From: Treponema sp.
GTDB taxonomy: Bacteria; Spirochaetota; Spirochaetia; Treponematales; Breznakiellaceae
Length of the DNA: 59,143 nucleotides
Assembly (NCBI GenBank): GCA_031279205.1
Contig: JAITIX010000100.1
Span: forward strand, 1 to 59,143
Direction: 5' to 3'
This document shows, piece after piece, positions 53,407 to 59,143 of this stretch. The number at the start of each line of letters is the position of its first letter. Position 1 is the first letter of the stretch. The notes beneath the pieces were generated by a model. The model did no database searches. It saw nothing but the letters and a program-made list of their open reading frames with translations, and was not told where the DNA came from. The position numbers and the translations under genes are program-made.

Positions 53407-54936
53407 ATGTCTGAAGTAATCCTCCAGCTCATGCATGACCGGAGTATGCCGGAGGATCTCATCCTGCGGACTATCGAAGAAACCCTTCTTGCGGCTTATA
53501 AACGCCGCTTTGGAAGTGTGGAGAATGCGATTGTCCGGTTCAATGATGAGCGGGAAGTTTCGATTCACGCAAAGAAGAAAATTGTTAATGGGGAAGAGGA
53601 TGGCGTTGATCCTTTATGGGAAATAGACATTATGGATGCGCGGGAACTGAATCCTGACGCAGAAGTGGGAGATGAGATTCTGATCGAGATTGATCCCATG
53701 AAAGAGTTTGACCGGCTTTCGGTGCAGATTGGCAAGCAAACCGCCCGCCAGTCTCTGCGGGAGATACAGAAGGACAGCCTCTATTCCGAATACCGTGATA
53801 AGGTCGGTGAGCTTATCATCGGCTATTACCAGAGGGAACGAGAACGAAACGGAACTATCTATGTAGACCTGGGTAAGATGGAAGGGATACTGCCCCGAAA
53901 GTACCAGTCGCCGCGCGAAAGTTATCATGTGAATGATCGGATCAAGGCGCTTATCACTGAGGTGAATAAGACGCCGTCCGGCTGCCAGGTGGTGCTTTCA
54001 CGAACCCATACTGATTTTGTGCGAGGCTTGTTCGAGCAGGAGGTGCCAGAAATTTATGATAAGACTGTGGAGATTCATAAGATCGTACGTGAACCTGGGT
54101 ATCGAACCAAGCTGGCGGTATATTCTAACCGCGAGGAAGTAGACCCGGTGGGCGCTTGTGTTGGGCCAAAAGGTGGACGGATTCAGACAGTTATCAAGGA
54201 GCTTGAGGGTGAAAAGATCGATGTTCTCAAGTATGATCCAGATCCGAGGCGTTTTATCAAAAACGCGCTTTCACCTGCTGAGGTACGGGATGTAATCATC
54301 CTTGATGAGAGTAAACATCAGGCTTTGGCAGTAGTGAGCGATTCCCAGCTTTCCCTTGCCATTGGTAAGCAGGGGCTGAACGTGCGGCTTGCCAACCGGC
54401 TTGTGGACTGGAACATTGACGTGAAGACTGACGCTCAGTTCGCGGAGATGGACGTTGCTACTGAATCGCGGCGTGCGGTCTCCGCCTTGTTTGGCGAAAC
54501 TGACAACTATGGGGAGATTTCCCGTATCTCCGAATTGCCCGGTGTGGATCAGGCTGTTGTTAAAGCCCTGCTGGCAAACGGCACGGACTTTATTCAGGAC
54601 TTCCTTGAGCTTTCGGAAGAAGATATGAGGAACTTGCCGAATATCAATGTGGAACAGCTTGATACCCTGCGTAAGCTCATTGATGAGTACGTTGTACTTG
54701 TGGAAGAAGAGGAAGAAGAAGGCGCGCGGGAATATGGCGCTGGGAACGCCAGTGAGACCGCTGAAACCGGTGTGGGCGAGAACGTGGCCGAACTGGAAAC
54801 GGCTATTTTCGGGAGCGCTGAAATCGAAGAGGTTGAGGAATATGAGTGCCCTGAATGTGGCGCGAAGATAACGCTGGATATGACAAATTGTCCGAATTGT
54901 GGTATCGGATTGAGTTTTGAATTCGAAGACGAATGA
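53407..54936 (+). CDS. nusA: Transcription termination/antitermination factor NusA with an acidic linker and a C-terminal zinc ribbon
   Basis: It has the NTD, S1, KH1 and KH2 domains (GACVGPKGGRIQ, AIGKQGLNVRLA) and an HhH-like region. EEEEEE and CPECGAKITLDMTNCPNCG follow. Confidence 0.9.
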   Translation: MSEVILQLMHDRSMPEDLILRTIEETLLAAYKRRFGSVENAIVRFNDEREVSIHAKKKIVNGEEDGVDPLWEIDIMDARELNPDAEVGDEILIEIDPMKEFDRLSVQIGKQTARQSLREIQKDSLYSEYRDKVGELIIGYYQRERERNGTIYVDLGKMEGILPRKYQSPRESYHVNDRIKALITEVNKTPSGCQVVLSRTHTDFVRGLFEQEVPEIYDKTVEIHKIVREPGYRTKLAVYSNREEVDPVGACVGPKGGRIQTVIKELEGEKIDVLKYDPDPRRFIKNALSPAEVRDVIILDESKHQALAVVSDSQLSLAIGKQGLNVRLANRLVDWNIDVKTDAQFAEMDVATESRRAVSALFGETDNYGEISRISELPGVDQAVVKALLANGTDFIQDFLELSEEDMRNLPNINVEQLDTLRKLIDEYVVLVEEEEEEGAREYGAGNASETAETGVGENVAELETAIFGSAEIEEVEEYECPECGAKITLDMTNCPNCGIGLSFEFEDE

Positions 54937-54987
54937 GCCAGTAGCGGCACGCGTCTTGAAAGTTATAAGATAAGATAAAGGTGGAAC

Positions 54988-57723
54988 ATGGCTGAGGAAA
55001 AAGAAAGCACCCAGAAACCGAAGGATTTTCGTCCCAAGGCGGAACTCATTAAGCGCGTCCAGAATGAGCATGAGATCAACCCTTCTGAAAGTGACGCTTC
55101 GTCAGGAAGGGGCGTTCAGGATCACAGTGAGCGCCGTAAGGTAATCGTGGTGAAAAAGAAGCCTGCCAGAAAAACTCAGCCCAAGGTAGTGATTAACCGT
55201 GGCGCTCCGACCTCTGGCGGGGAGTCTGCAGTGGTCAAGCTGGCTGAAGGGCGTGGTGGAACGCTGACACCGACCGAGCGACGTGATACCGAAGTCCTGC
55301 AGAAAGAACAGGCGTCCGCCGGGGAACAGCCCGCTAAGAAAGCGGCTGAGGCAAAGCCCGCGACTCAACAAACCGAGACAAAGCCGCCTGAAGCGGGACA
55401 GCCGGCAGGGACTAAGCCCGGCGTTACCTCATTTCCCTTGACACGGCGCCCTCAAGTGGCAGTGGGCAGGGTTGGCGGTAAGTTCGTAGGCCCGCGGCCA
55501 CCGGTGGACAACAGCGCATCGCGCAACAGTAGCGGCGCTCATTCACCGTCTTCGCCATTCCCACAGCGTCCGTCTTCAGCGGTGGGCAGAGTTGGAGGCC
55601 GTCCAGTTAGCCGCCGTGAGGAGCGCGGCGGTGATAATCGCCAGGGTCAGCAGGGCGGGGGCAACCGCTGGTCAGGGCCGGATCGTGGCGGCGCGCCACG
55701 GCCTGCTGGTCCCAGACCTGCCGGCGCTCCCGGGGGCAGACCGGGCAACTTTAACGGTCCGCGCCCCATGGGTAACAGACCTCCGATAGGACCACGAAGC
55801 AGTGGGCAAGCCACTCAGACGCCACCCTCCCTGACAGATGGAAAGACCCCGGCGAAAAAAACGTTTAAGGCAAAGAAGCCCGTTTATACCCGCAGGGAAA
55901 AAGAAAAAGAAATGGAGGAAAAACTCCTCCAGACTAAAAAGAAGATCTCGCATATCACAAATCCAGTGCCAAAATCCATTGACATTATGGAAGTGGTTTC
56001 GGTCTCTGATCTGGCCCGCAAGATGAACCTCAAAGCCTCGGACCTCATCCAGAAGCTCATGCGTCTAGGCATGATGGTTACGATTAACCAGCAGATTGAC
56101 GCCGATACCGCAACCCTGCTGGCGGCGGAGTTCGGGGCTGACGTGCGAATCATCAGCCTCTATGACGAAACGCTTATCGAAACCGCCGCTGACAACGTAG
56201 AGTCTATGTTTCCGCGCCCCCCAGTGGTTACAGTTATGGGACACGTTGACCACGGTAAGACAAAACTCCTCGACGCAATCCGAAGCGCTAACGTGGTTGC
56301 CGGTGAATTTGGCGGCATCACCCAGCATATCGGCGCGTACATGGTGGATACGCCCAACGGCAGGATATCCTTCCTTGATACGCCCGGCCATGAGGCGTTC
56401 ACCCGTATGCGGGCGCGTGGAGCTCAGGTAACGGACATCGTGGTACTCGTGGTTGCGGCTGACGACGGAGTTATGCCCCAGACCATCGAGGCCATCAACC
56501 ACGCCAGAGAAGCCGATGTACCCATCATTGTTGCGGTAAACAAGATCGACAAAGCAGAGGCCAATCCTGACAAGGTTAAAAGCCAGCTTTCAGACATGGG
56601 CTTACAGCCAGAAGAATGGGGTGGCCAGACCATGTTCGTGGAAATCTCTGCCTTAAAGAAGCAGGGCATGGACAAACTTATCGAATCAATACTTCTGCAG
56701 GCTGAAATCCTCGACATCAAGGCTGATTATAAGCGAAGCGCGGAGGGCAAGGTACTTGAATCGCGCATCGATCACGGTCGTGGTACGGTTGCTACAGTCA
56801 TGATCGAGAAAGGCACCTTACACGTGGGCGATTCTTTTGTAGCCGGCATCTGGCCTGGCAGGGTACGGGCGCTCTTTAACGACAAGGGCGAGCGAGTTGA
56901 TGAAGCCACGCCGGCAATGCCCATTGAGGTAATCGGTTTTGAGGAAGGTATTCCCAACGCCGGCGATCCCATGCAGGTCGTAGAGGACGAGAAGATAGCG
57001 CGGAGTATTTCCGCCAAACGACAGGAACTCAAGCGCTTTGAGGACGCGAAGAACATCAAGAAGATCACGCTCGATACGGTCTATCAGACCATTCGGGAAA
57101 GCGAGATGAAGGAACTCAAGGTTATCATCAAGGCCGACGTGCAGGGTTCCGCCGAAGCGCTCCGCTCAAGCCTGGAAAAGCTGTCCAACAAGGAAGTGCG
57201 GCTCAACGTGATTCAGGCGCTCCCCGGCGCAATCAACGAAGGCGATGTGGAACTGGCCATCGCGTCCAACGCCATCATCGTGGGCTTCAACGTGCGCCCA
57301 ATCCCCAAAGCCAAAATCCTCGCAGAACAGGAAAAGGTGGACATCCGTAAATACAACATCATCTACAAGGCAGTTGAGGAAATCCAGCTCGCCATGGAAG
57401 GTATGCTCACCCCAGACATCAAGGAAGAGCTTATCGCCACAGTGGAGGTGCGGAACACGTTCAGCGTACCCAAGGTGGGTACCATTGCCGGCTGCTATGT
57501 ACTGACCGGAACCGTGAAACGAAGCGCCAACGTCAACCTTATCCGCGACCATGTGGTGATTCATAGTGGCAAGATTTCCTCCCTGCGCCGTTTCAAGGAC
57601 GACGTGCGTGAAGTTGCCGCCGGCTACGAGTGCGGCTTGGGTATCGAAGACTTCTCCGACATCAAGATAGACGATCAGATCGAGGTCTTTGAGATAGTCG
57701 AAGTGGCGCGAAAACTGAGTTAG
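54988..57723 (+). CDS. infB: Translation initiation factor IF-2
   Basis: 911 aa with a Gly/Pro/Arg-rich N-terminal region and a GTPase core ([17 protein letters not shown]). Confidence 0.95.
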   Translation: MAEEKESTQKPKDFRPKAELIKRVQNEHEINPSESDASSGRGVQDHSERRKVIVVKKKPARKTQPKVVINRGAPTSGGESAVVKLAEGRGGTLTPTERRDTEVLQKEQASAGEQPAKKAAEAKPATQQTETKPPEAGQPAGTKPGVTSFPLTRRPQVAVGRVGGKFVGPRPPVDNSASRNSSGAHSPSSPFPQRPSSAVGRVGGRPVSRREERGGDNRQGQQGGGNRWSGPDRGGAPRPAGPRPAGAPGGRPGNFNGPRPMGNRPPIGPRSSGQATQTPPSLTDGKTPAKKTFKAKKPVYTRREKEKEMEEKLLQTKKKISHITNPVPKSIDIMEVVSVSDLARKMNLKASDLIQKLMRLGMMVTINQQIDADTATLLAAEFGADVRIISLYDETLIETAADNVESMFPRPPVVTVMGHVDHGKTKLLDAIRSANVVAGEFGGITQHIGAYMVDTPNGRISFLDTPGHEAFTRMRARGAQVTDIVVLVVAADDGVMPQTIEAINHAREADVPIIVAVNKIDKAEANPDKVKSQLSDMGLQPEEWGGQTMFVEISALKKQGMDKLIESILLQAEILDIKADYKRSAEGKVLESRIDHGRGTVATVMIEKGTLHVGDSFVAGIWPGRVRALFNDKGERVDEATPAMPIEVIGFEEGIPNAGDPMQVVEDEKIARSISAKRQELKRFEDAKNIKKITLDTVYQTIRESEMKELKVIIKADVQGSAEALRSSLEKLSNKEVRLNVIQALPGAINEGDVELAIASNAIIVGFNVRPIPKAKILAEQEKVDIRKYNIIYKAVEEIQLAMEGMLTPDIKEELIATVEVRNTFSVPKVGTIAGCYVLTGTVKRSANVNLIRDHVVIHSGKISSLRRFKDDVREVAAGYECGLGIEDFSDIKIDDQIEVFEIVEVARKLS

Positions 57724-57734
57724 GATCGGAAAAC

Positions 57735-58130
57735 ATGGCTGAATACCGGACAGAACGAATAGGGCGCCTTATCCAAGAAAAGATAGGCGCCCTTATTGTG
57801 GAAGGCAGAATCAAAGACCCGCGGGTTAATCCGTTTCTTTCCATTACACGAGTGAGCGTGTCGCGAGACCTAGTTTGGGCTGAGGTGTATGTTTCGAGCT
57901 TCCACGCCGAAGCCAACATTGTGCATGGAGTCGCTGGCCTGCAAAGCGCAGCCGGCTTCATTCAGGCACAACTCGCCGCAGTCATGCGTATACGGCAGAC
58001 GCCGCGCCTCCGCTTCCACGCTGATAGCAGTTTGAAAGAAGGCTTTGACATAATCCATAAACTCGACGAGCTTAAAGCCAATGAACTGAAACACGATGAG
58101 CCACCCTCGCCAGAACCAGACGGAGCCTAA
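57735..58130 (+). CDS. rbfA: Ribosome-binding factor A
   Basis: 131 aa. RIGRLIQEKIGALIVEGRIKDPRV...ITRVSVSRDLVWAEVYVS is the RbfA pattern. Confidence 0.85.
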   Translation: MAEYRTERIGRLIQEKIGALIVEGRIKDPRVNPFLSITRVSVSRDLVWAEVYVSSFHAEANIVHGVAGLQSAAGFIQAQLAAVMRIRQTPRLRFHADSSLKEGFDIIHKLDELKANELKHDEPPSPEPDGA

Positions 58131-58137
58131 ACCCACG

Positions 58138-59031
58138 ATGGCGAAACCCATTGAACGCGCCGGCCTACTCCTCCTAAACAAACCCCCAGGCCTTACCTCA
58201 TTCACATCGCTAAACAGGGTGAAACACGCCTTTTCTACCAGCAAAGTGGGACACACCGGCACTCTGGATAAATTCGCCCAGGGACTGCTCGTGGCGCTCT
58301 TGGGGCGGGCCGTGAAGCTGACCCCCTGGTTTTCCAGTTGCGACAAATGGTATGAGGGAATCATTCGGCTTGGCCTTGAAACAGACACCTTAGACCCAGA
58401 AGGCACTCCCATCGCTGAAGCGGAGCTTCCCTCGCGAGAACAGCTTGAGGCCGCATTACCCGCGTTTCGCGGCAACATACTTCAGGAACCGCCCGTGTAT
58501 TCAGCCCTGCATATTGATGGGAAACGCGCTTCAGCACTGGCACGCGACGGTAAGACCGTGTCCATGCAAAAGCGTCCGGTATCAATTTACGCACTGGAAC
58601 TGCTTGAGTATGAGCCACCTTTGGCTCATATCCGTGTTCATTGCTCAAGCGGAACGTATATCCGCTCTCTGGCACGGGACATCGCGCTTGCCGCTGCCTC
58701 ACGCGGCCACCTTGTTTCGCTCACCCGCACCGCAATTGCAGACTTTTGCCTATCAGACGCGCTTGCCGATGATCTGCCAACGTCGCTTCAAGCCGCGCTC
58801 AGACCCATTGATACGCAGGTCTTCGCCGCGCTTAAGATACCAGTTCTGACAGTGAGTAACGAAATTGCCCACAACATGTCTCAGGGCAAAAGTCTTGAAA
58901 GGATTAACACAAACATAAACGGAGATACCCTCGCCGTGTTCCGGCAGGACAACAGCTTTGTGGGTATCATCGAAAAAACCAACAATACATGGCGTTATGG
59001 CTATGTGTGGAGTGACAAAAGCCCTCTTTAA
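58138..59031 (+). CDS. truB: tRNA pseudouridine-55 synthase
   Basis: It starts at MAKPIERAGLLLLNKPPGLTSF (ATG 58138). It carries the catalytic KVGHTGTLD motif. Confidence 0.85.
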   Translation: MAKPIERAGLLLLNKPPGLTSFTSLNRVKHAFSTSKVGHTGTLDKFAQGLLVALLGRAVKLTPWFSSCDKWYEGIIRLGLETDTLDPEGTPIAEAELPSREQLEAALPAFRGNILQEPPVYSALHIDGKRASALARDGKTVSMQKRPVSIYALELLEYEPPLAHIRVHCSSGTYIRSLARDIALAAASRGHLVSLTRTAIADFCLSDALADDLPTSLQAALRPIDTQVFAALKIPVLTVSNEIAHNMSQGKSLERINTNINGDTLAVFRQDNSFVGIIEKTNNTWRYGYVWSDKSPL

Positions 59032-59049
59032 GGCTAAACACCCACCCCA

Positions 59050-59143
59050 TCAGCTTATCTTAAACTTTTCTACCTCACCCACCAGCGCGTTAATTCGTTG
59101 CCGATTATCCGCGCTGATACTCGCCACTTGTTCCATCGCCATA
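59050..59143 (-). CDS. 3' end of an unidentified minus-strand gene (partial at the window edge)
   Basis: Own reverse translation gives ...MAMEQVASISADNRQRINALVGEVEKFKIS*, with the stop at 59052-59050. It is too short to assign. Confidence 0.3.
   Translation of the reverse strand, partial: MAMEQVASISADNRQRINALVGEVEKFKIS

Overview
This is a 59.1-kb, gene-dense chromosomal window with about 55 protein genes. I found no rRNA, tRNA or CRISPR array. All calls come from reading the ORF translations and the DNA by eye, with no searches run.

Layout:
(i) 1-9242 is an ethanolamine-utilisation microcompartment (eut BMC) locus in two divergent units. The minus strand carries eutM, eutE, a BMC protein with a long tail, eutL, eutC and two tandem eutB paralogs. 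The plus strand carries eutS, eutP and pta/eutD. The shared control region holds a cobalamin-riboswitch-like leader and a perfect 2 x 25-bp direct repeat. Other eut genes (eutA/T/N/H/Q) are not in the window and may lie beyond the left edge.
(ii) 9.4-19 kb holds a truncated MerR remnant, a J-domain protein, pdxK behind a perfect palindrome, a PilZ protein, an Aat-like transferase, a tightly packed TM-protein / Pro-rich TPR-like protein / MoxR / TatD string, serS and a small lipoprotein.
(iii) 18.7-19.8 kb is a recombination-scarred junction with a PD-(D/E)XK nuclease-like gene, followed by smc.
(iv) 23-32 kb is a minus-strand string: lysC, dapB, an orphan ABC-3 permease, a CC-motif lipoprotein and a hypothetical gene, then cheY-nagA-nagB, cls and tsaC.
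(v) 33.4-42.5 kb is a decaying, accessory-looking stretch. It holds an apparently internally deleted nucleotidyltransferase, a multiply disrupted ABC exporter pseudogene, orphan leuCD plus a thioesterase, and potABC without potD. It also holds three unrelated tandem arrays that all have an exact 21-bp period.
(vi) 42.8-46.8 kb is a ChvE/Ggu-type sugar ABC operon with a palindromic operator candidate.
(vii) 47.3-48.3 kb is an Rpn-family nuclease gene with a 67-bp duplication scar.
(viii) 48.6-52.7 kb is a trimeric HydABC-type [FeFe] hydrogenase.
(ix) 52.9-59.0 kb is rimP-nusA-infB-rbfA-truB.

The gene content fits an anaerobe, possibly a Treponema-like spirochaete, but I cannot verify taxonomy. 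I did not find an obvious defence-type novel system. The strongest leads are the cis-located cobalamin riboswitch with the duplicated eutB, and the three 21-bp-period arrays.
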